From contig JBEKDF010000005.1 of the NCBI GenBank assembly GCA_050014495.1, positions 32,001 through 96,000 on the forward strand: a DNA stretch of 64,000 nt, read 5' to 3'. Positions 50,611 to 59,812 of this stretch are shown in pieces. The position numbers and the translations under genes are program-made. Source of the stretch: Candidatus Bathyarchaeia archaeon. Lineage in GTDB: Archaea > Thermoproteota > Bathyarchaeia > TCS64. The notes beneath the pieces are model-generated. The model ran no database searches. It saw nothing but the letters and a program-made list of their open reading frames with translations, and was not told where the DNA came from. Position 1 is the stretch's first letter, and every line of letters starts with the position of its first letter.

Positions 50611-51894
50611 TGGCTCGTCCCTAAAATATGCACACACCCAGCAGCCACCAAAACTTAAAGAACAAAATCACCAAACCGACGACCCAAGTGACCACCAATC
50701 AGCCAAACGAGCACACGGCCAGCACAGCAACCCCCAGAAAACGGACGAACCCACGCAGACAAGCAGAACACACACTAGCCACACCACGCAGACCCGAGAC
50801 CAGCCCTCACACGTTAAAGAACGTTGGAGACAACGCCTTATCCGGCCTACCCAGATTCTCCGCCGCCTCCCTGTTCAACACAAGGCACAGCACACTCAGC
50901 AACGCGTAGACACCCACGTTCACCAAGCCCCGAACCCTGTTCACCGTCAACCCATACTGGTTCTTCACGAAGGCGAACAGCGCCTCAACAGCAGGCCTCT
51001 TCCTGTACTCGGCCACCAGCTCCGCCGGACCATGAGTCCTGAACCACCTGTCCACCCGGAGCACATCCTCCCCACGCTGGTTAGCCGTGTACGGGATCAC
51101 CGTCCGCTCCGCCAGGCCCCTGACCCTACGGCTGCTGTACTGGCTGTCCCCGATCAGGCACCTGATCCTGGCATCGGCCCAACCCAGCACCGCCCTCGTC
51201 CTATCCACAAGCCACGGCGCGTGCCTCTTCTCGTTCTCGTTCGCCGGAGCCATCACCGCGGCCAGCGGCAGGATACGCCTCGGCTCCACCGAAGTGTGAA
51301 GCTTGTACCCGAGACCGTAGCTCCTCCCGTTCCTGCCTACACGCGCATCCGGGTCCGAGAGACCAATCTGGTTGTCTGCTGGGTTTCTGATGCTCCAAGC
51401 CTTAAGGAAGCTGGCGTCGAGGACCACATCCACCTCTGTGACTCCGCTTCTCCTGAGGAGCATTATGACCTTCTCCTCGATGATTAGCCTCAGCGTCTCT
51501 GCTCCGACTCTGTGGGTGAAGCGGCTGATGACTGACCTCGGGTAGCCGCCCTCGTCAGTCTCTATTAGGCAGAGCCGTCTAATGCGCTGGTCTATGTCGA
51601 GGATCCTGGTGAGCTCCCGTAGGCTGCGGATTCCCTTCAATCGCATTATGAGGAGGGCTCTGAGGATGCCGAGTGGGTTCCTCGGTGGTCTTCCGGGTCC
51701 GGTTGTGTGGTAGCAGCCGAGTAGCTGCTTCTGGGCAATGCTTAAGTCGACGTTTCTAAAGAGTGTTTCAAGGGTCTCGTGTTCATCTTGTCCTAAGTGA
51801 ACTCACCTCCTAGGGTTGGACAGACCATTTGGGGACGAGACCCCAACTGTTAAGATAAGCTTATTCTAGCCTGGATGAATTTCGGGACAGGCCA
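50611..51894 (-). mobile_element. Insertion sequence (~1.28 kb, IS5/IS1182-like DDE) with imperfect terminal inverted repeats
   Basis: Left end TGGCTCGTCCCTAAAAT versus right end reverse complement TGGCCTGTCCCGAAATT (13/17 match); GCGCGCGC on both flanks. Confidence 0.85.
50807..51796 (-). CDS. DDE transposase
   Basis: GRPP N-terminal motif upstream of ATG 51646, DAS, GYKLH, GDSQY, R..VE..F...K; frame open to 51802. Confidence 0.88.
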   Translation of the reverse strand, partial: LGQDEHETLETLFRNVDLSIAQKQLLGCYHTTGPGRPPRNPLGILRALLIMRLKGIRSLRELTRILDIDQRIRRLCLIETDEGGYPRSVISRFTHRVGAETLRLIIEEKVIMLLRRSGVTEVDVVLDASFLKAWSIRNPADNQIGLSDPDARVGRNGRSYGLGYKLHTSVEPRRILPLAAVMAPANENEKRHAPWLVDRTRAVLGWADARIRCLIGDSQYSSRRVRGLAERTVIPYTANQRGEDVLRVDRWFRTHGPAELVAEYRKRPAVEALFAFVKNQYGLTVNRVRGLVNVGVYALLSVLCLVLNREAAENLGRPDKALSPTFFNV

Positions 51895-52135
51895 GCGCGC
51901 GCATATATAAACTGAAGCGATCCACACTTTCGACTATAATCACTATATGAATTAACCATTTGATTCAATTCATCAATTTGGCAGCGGGAGCCAGCCTGCT
52001 ATTACTAGTTCTTCGCGTACACCGAGTTATCAGCTGCCATTGACAACTATAAAGGGGGATAATGGTTCTCCTTTAATAACAGTTATTAAATCCATAATGG
52101 GATAATTTATTAGCTTGCAAAGTCTCCTTAATCCT

Positions 52136-53380
52136 ATGGCAAAAAGAGAATACAAGTCTATTTCTCAACATCTGGGGCAATTTTCAAGCCCCAGAACCAA
52201 AATGACGTACCTCTCTGGGATTGGTGGCTTTTTCCGATTCATCAACCCCGATGTGAAGGACTTGGATGCCTACTCTATTTCTTACTTGAAGTCACATTCT
52301 CAGAGCCAAATCGAGTCTGACATAGTGAAGTTTCGAGACTCGATGTTGACCAGAGTAGCAAAGACCAGAACAGGGTACTTGAAATCGACTCTGGGATTCT
52401 TCGATGCGAATGATGTAACTTTCAAACGGAACTGGAAAAACAACATTATCGGTAAAGATACCACGGCTGTTTCTGAAGAAAGTATACCCACACAACAGGA
52501 ACTTGAGAGGATTCTAAACTTTATGCCGCTAATTGGCAAGGCAATAACCCTTTTTCTTTGCAGCTCCGGTGTGCGTGTAGGTGAACTACTCCAACTCAAA
52601 GAATCCAATATTGACCTCACGAAAAACCCAGTAATGGTAACTCTACCAGCCTCCATTACTAAGACCAAGAAAAAACGAGTGACATTCATCTCGATGGAAG
52701 CAAAGAAGATGCTTCAGGAGTGGTTGGAATACAAACCAAAGTGGCTGGAAACAACATCGACCAAAAGCCCCACACCCTTTGACACGACCCGTATATTCCC
52801 ATTAACCGACAACGGATACCGAGAGCTTTGGGATCGTGCTGTTGAGAAAGCCAAGTTAGCGGAGAAAGATCAGACAACAAACCGACTTCAACGCAGAATT
52901 CACGCACTGCGGAAATTCTTCAGGACTTACGGCAAGTGGCAACAACCAGACATAGCGGAAGCCCTGATGGGTCATTTGGGTGGCATAGAAGAAATCTATA
53001 CTAGATTCACAGAGAACCAGCTTAGAGAAGCCTACCTTACGGCGGAACCAAATTTGACCATTGTGGGTTCAGCGCCGAATCTGAAGGAGTTAGAGGCAAA
53101 GGTTGAGGCTAGGTATCAGGGTGTGGACAAGTTAATTGCTGATCTGTCAATCAAGAACCAAAGATTGGAAAATATTATTCAGAAAAGGGACACAGAGTAC
53201 AAAGAAATGATGGAAATCGCATTGAAACCATACTTGGAAACTTTTTCAACACTTAAAGATAGGGTAGATGCACAAGAGTTGGAAATTGACAATATGAGAA
53301 AGGCAGGGGAACTTCGGGATCAAGAAGAGGTATTGAAAATAATACCAGCGGAACTAAAAATTAAAAAAGATGAAGTGTAA
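52136..53380 (+). CDS. Tyrosine recombinase/integrase with C-terminal coiled coil
   Basis: Catalytic set SGVR.GE, TK.K, HALRKFF, LMGH, Y; visibly more AT-rich than the core genes. Confidence 0.92.
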   Translation: MAKREYKSISQHLGQFSSPRTKMTYLSGIGGFFRFINPDVKDLDAYSISYLKSHSQSQIESDIVKFRDSMLTRVAKTRTGYLKSTLGFFDANDVTFKRNWKNNIIGKDTTAVSEESIPTQQELERILNFMPLIGKAITLFLCSSGVRVGELLQLKESNIDLTKNPVMVTLPASITKTKKKRVTFISMEAKKMLQEWLEYKPKWLETTSTKSPTPFDTTRIFPLTDNGYRELWDRAVEKAKLAEKDQTTNRLQRRIHALRKFFRTYGKWQQPDIAEALMGHLGGIEEIYTRFTENQLREAYLTAEPNLTIVGSAPNLKELEAKVEARYQGVDKLIADLSIKNQRLENIIQKRDTEYKEMMEIALKPYLETFSTLKDRVDAQELEIDNMRKAGELRDQEEVLKIIPAELKIKKDEV

Positions 53381-53438
53381 GATGATTCTGATTATGGGTT
53401 TCTTTTCTCCTAGTTGAAACGTCTGCTCATTGGTGTTG

Positions 53439-53660
53439 TCAGTGGGTCGGTGAGTGTAGTTTGTCATATTTCGTGCGCGGCTCCTCCTGCACCTTGATCT
53501 TCGGATAGGCCCTCTCAATCTCCCTGACCTTCTCCGTGAAGGCTGCCTTGCAAAACCTGCTAACCTCATCGTGGCTAAAGCCAGCCATGCACGCGCGCAT
53601 TATTTCGCGTTGTATTCTAAAGAAACCGCTAAAAAAATTAATCCCTTTTTTCATTTTCAT
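53439..53660 (-). CDS. Small hypothetical protein convergent with the integrase
   Basis: 73-aa ORF with TATA-like sequence and a perfect palindrome upstream. Confidence 0.4.
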   Translation of the reverse strand: MKMKKGINFFSGFFRIQREIMRACMAGFSHDEVSRFCKAAFTEKVREIERAYPKIKVQEEPRTKYDKLHSPTH

Positions 53661-53678
53661 AGTGGATAAGACGGGCCA

Positions 53679-53704
53679 GACTTATACCTATACGGGTATA
53701 AGTC
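53679..53704. repeat. Perfect 10-6-10 inverted repeat
   Basis: GACTTATACC-TATACG-GGTATAAGTC. Confidence 0.8.
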
Positions 53705-53927
53705 CAAATAATACGTTAATCGTATACGCTCTAACTATCAAATAAATCTATCGAAACAACTGATCAAGTGATTCGACGTTTAACTTCTTAGCATTTTGGT
53801 CCAGAAGAATTAGTTGTTGGGCCCGAAGGGACCTAACCTATTTAGGTTAAGAACCTATTTCATTCAGGGTTCGTGTCGCTTGCGCAGCACTAGCTTTTGA
53901 TACTATGCGCACTGAGCAGACTATTTG

Positions 53928-55202
53928 CTAAGAGACGTTCAAAACCAATAAGCCACGGATAGCGAGGTTGCGTGCGAGATCAAGCGCCCCTTTCTCAAGC
54001 CCCTGAACCTTATTCGCTGGCAGCATTACGTTTGTGAGATAACCAAGCTGGGGGGAACCAATCCTAACGATGTCCCCCTCCTCATGAGTAAACTCCGCAC
54101 CAGTATCGTCTTTCAGTGGAACCGTCATCGTACCCAGGAACACTGCGACTCCGTCATTGTGTTCCCGCTCCTCATCCATCGCAGCAGCGACAATATCCTC
54201 TGGCTTACGGCTTATCTTACCCATCTTGTTCGATCCCTCGAACTTTAAAGAGCCGTCGACCCTCCACACCTCCAACCTCACTTTGGTATCCAGTAGGGAA
54301 TCAAGGCTAAACCCCTCATCGAAGACCCGGATGAAAGGCCCGACAGCCGTGCTCCCCTTCTTGACTTTCGCTCGATGAAGGAGGAGAGAAGACTTTCCCT
54401 CCTTCCCACGATCGTTAACATCGTTGCCATTGGTAGCGCCAATTATTCTGCCCTTTGAGTTGGCGATGAGCACTATCTCCGGCTCCGGATTTACCCAAGG
54501 TGACACATCTGAACTGTACCCAGCCTGAGCACCGTGCCCCACTGAAGTCGCTGGCGAAGCCTTCGAGAATATCTCGCCCTCCTCCCCGAGCCCGACCTGC
54601 GGATAAATAGTAGACATGCCGAGTTCTTTCATGCGTCTTAGGATTTCCAAAGCTACTTTTGAGCCTGGCTGAATCTTAGAGAAATCTGCATCACCCACGA
54701 TCTCCTCAACTTCGCCACGGATCTTTTTTCGAACCTCGTTCAACTTATTCTGATCAAGTCCTCCATCGGAGTCCCTTGGAACCACCTTCATAACGGCCTC
54801 CTCCACCATGCGCTCCACCATAGACTCGACGAAGGTCACTCCAGCCGCCTCGATTTCCTGAAAGTCTAAAGGCGACAGCAGGTATGGCTGGTCAGCGCCT
54901 CGGAGGGAGGAGTTGGCGATGATCTCGGACGCCTTACCAATTTTTTTACCCCTTAAAGCAGCGATGCGGACTGCCTTTGCTGGACTCTCCAACTCAAACA
55001 AGTCTCTTGTCGTGGCAAATATGTGTGAAACATCAAGAAGATCGCCGTTAGGGTCGACGATTACGACGGATGGACCTATGTTTGGCAGCATCACTCTACC
55101 GACCAATGAGGCTTGTCTCCAGTCCGCTGGGAGAGTCCTCTCGAGAGTCAACTCGCTCATCGGGACCAAATGGATAGCTTTTGTCTTCAGGGTTCCAGAC
55201 AT
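53928..55202 (-). CDS. Fumarylacetoacetate hydrolase family protein
   Basis: AAGVTF..SM.ER, EIF.KA, NPEPE, GAT.GNDVN.R..EG.S.LLL..AK, GPFIR.FD, LGTM. Confidence 0.85.
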   Translation of the reverse strand: MSGTLKTKAIHLVPMSELTLERTLPADWRQASLVGRVMLPNIGPSVVIVDPNGDLLDVSHIFATTRDLFELESPAKAVRIAALRGKKIGKASEIIANSSLRGADQPYLLSPLDFQEIEAAGVTFVESMVERMVEEAVMKVVPRDSDGGLDQNKLNEVRKKIRGEVEEIVGDADFSKIQPGSKVALEILRRMKELGMSTIYPQVGLGEEGEIFSKASPATSVGHGAQAGYSSDVSPWVNPEPEIVLIANSKGRIIGATNGNDVNDRGKEGKSSLLLHRAKVKKGSTAVGPFIRVFDEGFSLDSLLDTKVRLEVWRVDGSLKFEGSNKMGKISRKPEDIVAAAMDEEREHNDGVAVFLGTMTVPLKDDTGAEFTHEEGDIVRIGSPQLGYLTNVMLPANKVQGLEKGALDLARNLAIRGLLVLNVS

Positions 55203-55269
55203 TATCTTAATCTTAACAATCGTAAGAGATAAGAAGTAATACTGAGCGCTGAGAAAATATTTGCGTTGC

Positions 55270-55383
55270 GCGCACGCCTGAGATGCCGTGCCTCTCGATT
55301 AACTGCTGAGGGACGACGTACTTGTCCCTGAATGCACGCGTAGCAGGGTTCAGCTCATCGCCCGGATGTACGTCCACGCTCAT
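55270..55383 (-). pseudogene. 5' fragment of a gene, apparently cut at a GC tract
   Basis: ATG 55383 lies 16 nt after the upstream stop; reads MSVDVHPGDELNPATRAFRDKYVVPQQLIERHGISGV; composition changes after TGCGCGCACGC. Confidence 0.45.
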
Positions 55384-55399
55384 GATGGCTGGTATCCCC

Positions 55400-56395
55400 T
55401 TATCCTCCCCTGCGATAGTCCGCGAAGTATTCTTCTACTGTGACCCTGCGGCTCGTAAGCCCCAGCCGGAAGGCTTCGCCGGTGAACATATCGATTTGCT
55501 CCCGGTTTCGATCGATCCCGAATGGGTGAAAGTTCTCACCCATGAGCGCTACTGTCTCCTCCAGCTCAGCCTCGAGCCACGGGGTGGCATAGGGGAAGCC
55601 CTCCTGTGCTGCGGTGAAGCAATCGTTCGCAGCAATGAACGCCTCAGTGAGGCTCTTAGCTATCCATGGGTTCGCCTCCCACACCTCTCGTCGGAGAACG
55701 ATCAGATGCTCGGGAGGAAAGGCACCGGTCTTACGGAAGTACCCCTGCTCGATTGGCCGGAAGTCCGGAAACATACGAACGATGGGGCCGGTTTTGGGAT
55801 GGAAAGCCGTTGGGTGCGACGGGCTGTAGATGGCCTCTAATTCGCCTGAGATAAGCATGTCAGATAAGGAGCGTCCGGGCGAAGGCGAGCTGAATCCTGG
55901 AGGCAGAGACTGGACCATCAGCTTCGTGGACACCGGCGTGTCGATATCTCCGATCCACCACTGGATGCTGGTCGGGTCAAGTCCCAAGTATCGGAGGAAG
56001 TGGCGGTACCATATGGATCCGGTCGCGCTGTGGCTATACATACCAATCCGCTTCCCGGCCAAATCTTCAGGGTGCCGGATTGGACCGCCCTGACGAACAT
56101 AAAGGTCACGCGCCCCAAAGTCCCGTAGCACAAATACTGGCAGGCCAACATAGTTGTGGTCACCCTTGTCGATACGGTAGAGATACTGTGCCATCGACCA
56201 CTCGCCGCCCTGCACATTCGGATCCTGCACAGCGCGTCTGAGCATCTCCGCACGGGCTGGCCACGAGCCGCAGCTACCGAGAATCATGGTGAGCGCAATT
56301 CCTCGTGGCTTCACCATACCGGTCGCCAGCGGCATGACGCGAGCATAGTCAGCGCAGGTTAGGGTGATTGGGACCATCTTGTTAACAGTGGACAT
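55400..56395 (-). CDS. 4,5-dihydroxyphthalate decarboxylase-like / periplasmic-binding-fold protein
   Basis: C.DY.R..PL..G.V, E.S...Y, LPVF..R.F, DL.GKRIG, FP..H.IV.RR, P.G...N; GC-rich, SD AGAGGAG. Confidence 0.7.
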   Translation of the reverse strand: MSTVNKMVPITLTCADYARVMPLATGMVKPRGIALTMILGSCGSWPARAEMLRRAVQDPNVQGGEWSMAQYLYRIDKGDHNYVGLPVFVLRDFGARDLYVRQGGPIRHPEDLAGKRIGMYSHSATGSIWYRHFLRYLGLDPTSIQWWIGDIDTPVSTKLMVQSLPPGFSSPSPGRSLSDMLISGELEAIYSPSHPTAFHPKTGPIVRMFPDFRPIEQGYFRKTGAFPPEHLIVLRREVWEANPWIAKSLTEAFIAANDCFTAAQEGFPYATPWLEAELEETVALMGENFHPFGIDRNREQIDMFTGEAFRLGLTSRRVTVEEYFADYRRGG

Positions 56396-56651
56396 ACCGA
56401 TCTCCTCTTATTATCGATGCACGCGCGCTTATGAATGAAGATGATATCCACTTGTTTCTATTGAGAGTGGGGTCACATGGCATTTTTAGGTCTCAGATTA
56501 TTCCTAAATTGGAAAGACAAGATAATTAAATTCGATTTAGGTCATAGCAAATAATTCCTAGGGGTAACCATTCTCATAAAATCCGCGTGCATCGGTGATC
56601 AAAGCATAAGATGAAAATTGCTTAATCGTGAAAAGTCGCTACTTGTGCAAA

Positions 56652-56966
56652 CTATAAAGAGAAGAATTGATCAAGGTACAAAATAAGGGCAAAAGAAACG
56701 ATTCCAAATAGCATTGGGATAAGATTAATCAACTCTTGACTTCTAGTTTTTCTCCTGATTAAATAAAATCGTATCTGAATCGATACGTGGCTGGTGAATA
56801 TCGCCATCATGGGCAAGGTAAGTTGTCTATGAAGAATTAACCCCCACGACCTATCTATGAAGCCCTTGGTGATCATGTATCCACTAATCATGAAAACGAA
56901 GAAAAGAACTAGCAGAGCGACACTAACCCAACGATCTATGTCCTTTAAAGTGATGTTCAAGCTCAC
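56652..56966 (-). CDS. Three-TM membrane protein, probable partner of the adjacent Mo enzyme
   Basis: Hydrophobic with two His residues in or near the TM segments; starts 12 nt after the upstream gene. Confidence 0.65.
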   Translation of the reverse strand: MSLNITLKDIDRWVSVALLVLFFVFMISGYMITKGFIDRSWGLILHRQLTLPMMAIFTSHVSIQIRFYLIRRKTRSQELINLIPMLFGIVSFALILYLDQFFSL

Positions 56967-56978
56967 GAATTTTCACCA

Positions 56979-57644
56979 CTAATAATACCTGTCATTCTTC
57001 CATGGATCAGCGGTGTTACTGTAGCCATTCTTCTCCCAGAATCCCAATTCGAGCTTATCAGTGAACTTTATCTTCCTAATCCACTTCGCACTTTTATATC
57101 CATATTTTTCAGGAACCACTAGCCTGAGCGGTCCACCGTGTTCTGTTGATAACTCACTGTCCTCTAGTCGATATGCGAGAAGGACATCATCTTTCGAGAG
57201 ATCAGCGACCATTAATTGTGTTGTAAAACCGTTCTCACTCTCGAACGTGGCGTATGTTGCCGCAGCTTGGGAAACAGCCATATTCATGATGTCCCTGAAT
57301 CTAACCCCCTCCCATGTGTTCCCGAGCTTGCTCCAGCCTGTCACACAGTGAAAGTCGGATATACTAACTACTGTAGGGATGCTTCGGAATTCAACGTAGT
57401 TTAGATTGAGGGGCTTATCCACAAGTCCATAGACTTCGAGATTCCATGTGGTTTTATCAGGAGAAGGGATGGAGCCCTCGTTAAGAACAGGCATATTAAA
57501 TACCTGGTACTGTCCAGGGGGAAGCAGGTTGGATACTGAGTTCTTCGCGGTGTCTGGCAGATTGTTAATTATTGCACCGGAGGCTCCCGCCACTATCCCT
57601 ATGCCGACCAGCCATTTTATGAATCTTCTACGGCTGATATCCAA
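56979..57644 (-). CDS. Tat-exported sulfite oxidase-family molybdoenzyme (MsrP/YuiH-like)
   Basis: SRRRFIK twin-arginine motif, DFHCVTGWS, HGGPLRLVVP..YGYKSAKW, GFWE..GY. Confidence 0.88.
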   Translation of the reverse strand: MDISRRRFIKWLVGIGIVAGASGAIINNLPDTAKNSVSNLLPPGQYQVFNMPVLNEGSIPSPDKTTWNLEVYGLVDKPLNLNYVEFRSIPTVVSISDFHCVTGWSKLGNTWEGVRFRDIMNMAVSQAAATYATFESENGFTTQLMVADLSKDDVLLAYRLEDSELSTEHGGPLRLVVPEKYGYKSAKWIRKIKFTDKLELGFWEKNGYSNTADPWKNDRYY

Positions 57645-57753
57645 AATACATCATTTTAAGCATTTTAGGCGGCTAATTTAAATCAGATTAAACTAATGTG
57701 CTTTCGCAACTTGGCCTTTATTCCGTCAATACGAGCGAATTCGTAGCCATTCC

Positions 57754-58677
57754 CTATTTCTTAAAATAAAGAACTTTCATACCCGTGTCCCCGATTGAAT
57801 CCTTCAGCATTGTGTCATAATGCACCTTCTCAGGCAGATCGTAGGACACGTAGACCGCCATAGTGAGCTTATCCCTCCAATTTGCTAGTGCAGCCTCCCA
57901 ACCATTTACTCTTAAATATTCAGCGAGCTGCCTAGGGCTAAATCTCTGCCCAGTCACTCCATTTGCGTTTTGGAGGGCTAGAAAGCTCCAAGCCTCCGAG
58001 AATGCCTCAACCATTTCGTCGTCACTTGCATAACCTGACCTCACATCTTCAGGCAATTTAGCCTCATCACCCGGCTTGAGTCTGCTGGGCTTAAGCCTTT
58101 TACCCTCAGTGGCGGCTACACTAAGTGAGTTCACAGCGACATTATACTGATAGAGTTCCATGGCCAGGCACTGTGTTAGGCCCTCTAAACCATACTTTGA
58201 CGGGCAATACGCTGTCTCAGCGACAAAGCCCCTTGTCGCAGACCCAGAGGAGATATTCATAATGCTGCCTTTTCCCTGCTTCTTCATCATTGGCAGGAAT
58301 AATTTACTGAGTATGAACGGTGCACGCAGATTAATTGAAATCGATCTGTCCCATTCCTCAATCGTCGTCTCCTCGAAGAGTTTCCAGAGATTATCCGCTG
58401 CACAATTTACCAGCGTATCTATTCTCCCATACTCATTCTCAATAAGATCCCTTAGTCTCGTAATATCCTCCATCTTAGTTAGGTCGGTGGGAAGAATTGA
58501 ACAAGTACCCTCCCACCCTTTTAGATCAATGTTCTCCTTAAGAGCCTTCAATTCATCTAGGGAACGAGATGCAGCTACAACCTTGGCGCCTTGGGAAACA
58601 AGTCCCATGCACAGGTACTTACCATAACCGCGCCCAGCACCAGTAAGGACGACCACCTTGCCACTTAGTCTACCCAT
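57754..58677 (-). CDS. Short-chain dehydrogenase/reductase with C-terminal extension
   Basis: TGAGRGYG, LVNCA, NISS, YCPSK. Confidence 0.9.
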   Translation of the reverse strand: MGRLSGKVVVLTGAGRGYGKYLCMGLVSQGAKVVAASRSLDELKALKENIDLKGWEGTCSILPTDLTKMEDITRLRDLIENEYGRIDTLVNCAADNLWKLFEETTIEEWDRSISINLRAPFILSKLFLPMMKKQGKGSIMNISSGSATRGFVAETAYCPSKYGLEGLTQCLAMELYQYNVAVNSLSVAATEGKRLKPSRLKPGDEAKLPEDVRSGYASDDEMVEAFSEAWSFLALQNANGVTGQRFSPRQLAEYLRVNGWEAALANWRDKLTMAVYVSYDLPEKVHYDTMLKDSIGDTGMKVLYFKK

Positions 58678-58990
58678 AAAAGCCACGAGTTTTCCTAAAT
58701 GTACCTAGCTTTTAAAATTATTGCCTAAATAGTCAGCGATCAGATCGACAATCTATTTTTATTTATAATATCAAAAAAAACCATTATTGATGTGAGTTCT
58801 TAACACTATTATGAAAAAAGGATCTGATTTTCCAATGCCTCATAAAAATAAATAATAGATTAATGGAAAAATATGATAAATAGTTGATGAAAAACTTATT
58901 TAGTTATTATAATTATTTAATAACGGATAGGACGCGCACCTCTTCATACCAGCTAGTGTCGTACGCCAAGTTATCGCCCTATCCAAATAA

Positions 58991-59722
58991 CTAAGGCAGG
59001 TTTGGTTGATTACCCATTTCCTTGAGTGATTTATCCTGCTCGGTGAACTCGAAGGCAACGTACTGAAGAGGCAAATTATCACTCGTATTCAGAATTGAAT
59101 GCGGCTCACCCTCCGGGGTATATACAAGCGAACCCGGACTAACCCTATATTTTGATGTCCCGCTCTCAACCACCCCCTCACCCCTAAGGATGTACCCGAA
59201 CTCCTCGGGATTTCTATGGATAGGAAGCAGTACACTTGGTGAATGTGTCTGAACCTCAACAGAATGCATTCTGCGAGCACCCATGAGCATGTGCTCTTCC
59301 TCGGTGAAGAGCTGATGTGCGATCATGCCCGAGTATGTTGCCTCAACTTCGTTCAGATTCTTAATCCGTGGCTTAGCCCACTTGAAGTTAGGGTTCGACA
59401 TGCAGTAAATCGCTGACAAAATTCTGAGTTCACCCTCACCAGAATGTACGATCTCGTGCTCATTTATCTCTCCAAAGTGGGTGTTCCCAGGCACAAAGAT
59501 GCTGGTGTCGCCATGCACATATTTTCCTCTGTATAAACCTGAGCCGGATATTATATAGTGTTGAAACTCTCTGTTGGCGCCTCTAAATGTAACCTTCCCA
59601 CCTAAGAGTGTATGATGAAGGACTAATAGCTGACCTTTAACTCCCGATCTTTGAAGCAGGGTTCGCTTTGTGACCCCTTCACTCACTGATTCTATGGCAA
59701 CGTCTCGAATATTGACGTGCAA
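58991..59722 (-). CDS. Bicupin domain protein
   Basis: Two cupin repeats (E..HYIISG.G...HEI; H...EEFGYILRGEG...P.GEPHS). Confidence 0.75.
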   Translation of the reverse strand: MHVNIRDVAIESVSEGVTKRTLLQRSGVKGQLLVLHHTLLGGKVTFRGANREFQHYIISGSGLYRGKYVHGDTSIFVPGNTHFGEINEHEIVHSGEGELRILSAIYCMSNPNFKWAKPRIKNLNEVEATYSGMIAHQLFTEEEHMLMGARRMHSVEVQTHSPSVLLPIHRNPEEFGYILRGEGVVESGTSKYRVSPGSLVYTPEGEPHSILNTSDNLPLQYVAFEFTEQDKSLKEMGNQPNLP

Positions 59723-59812
59723 ATTGCCTCAATGTAAATGATACCTCAGAATTAATAGATTTCCAGAGTTGAAAGAGATAGAACTTTAAAGTAAAAAAAC
59801 GGAGAGAACTGT

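Noticed and set aside
50628..50909. 93-aa ORF in the IS left end
   Set aside because: Low-complexity translation of an A/C-skewed strand that overlaps the transposase 3' end.
51979..52000. TGGCAGCGGGAGCC as a second tRNA-end/att remnant
   Set aside because: Too short, does not match the 53815 candidate, and is equally explained as a small hairpin.
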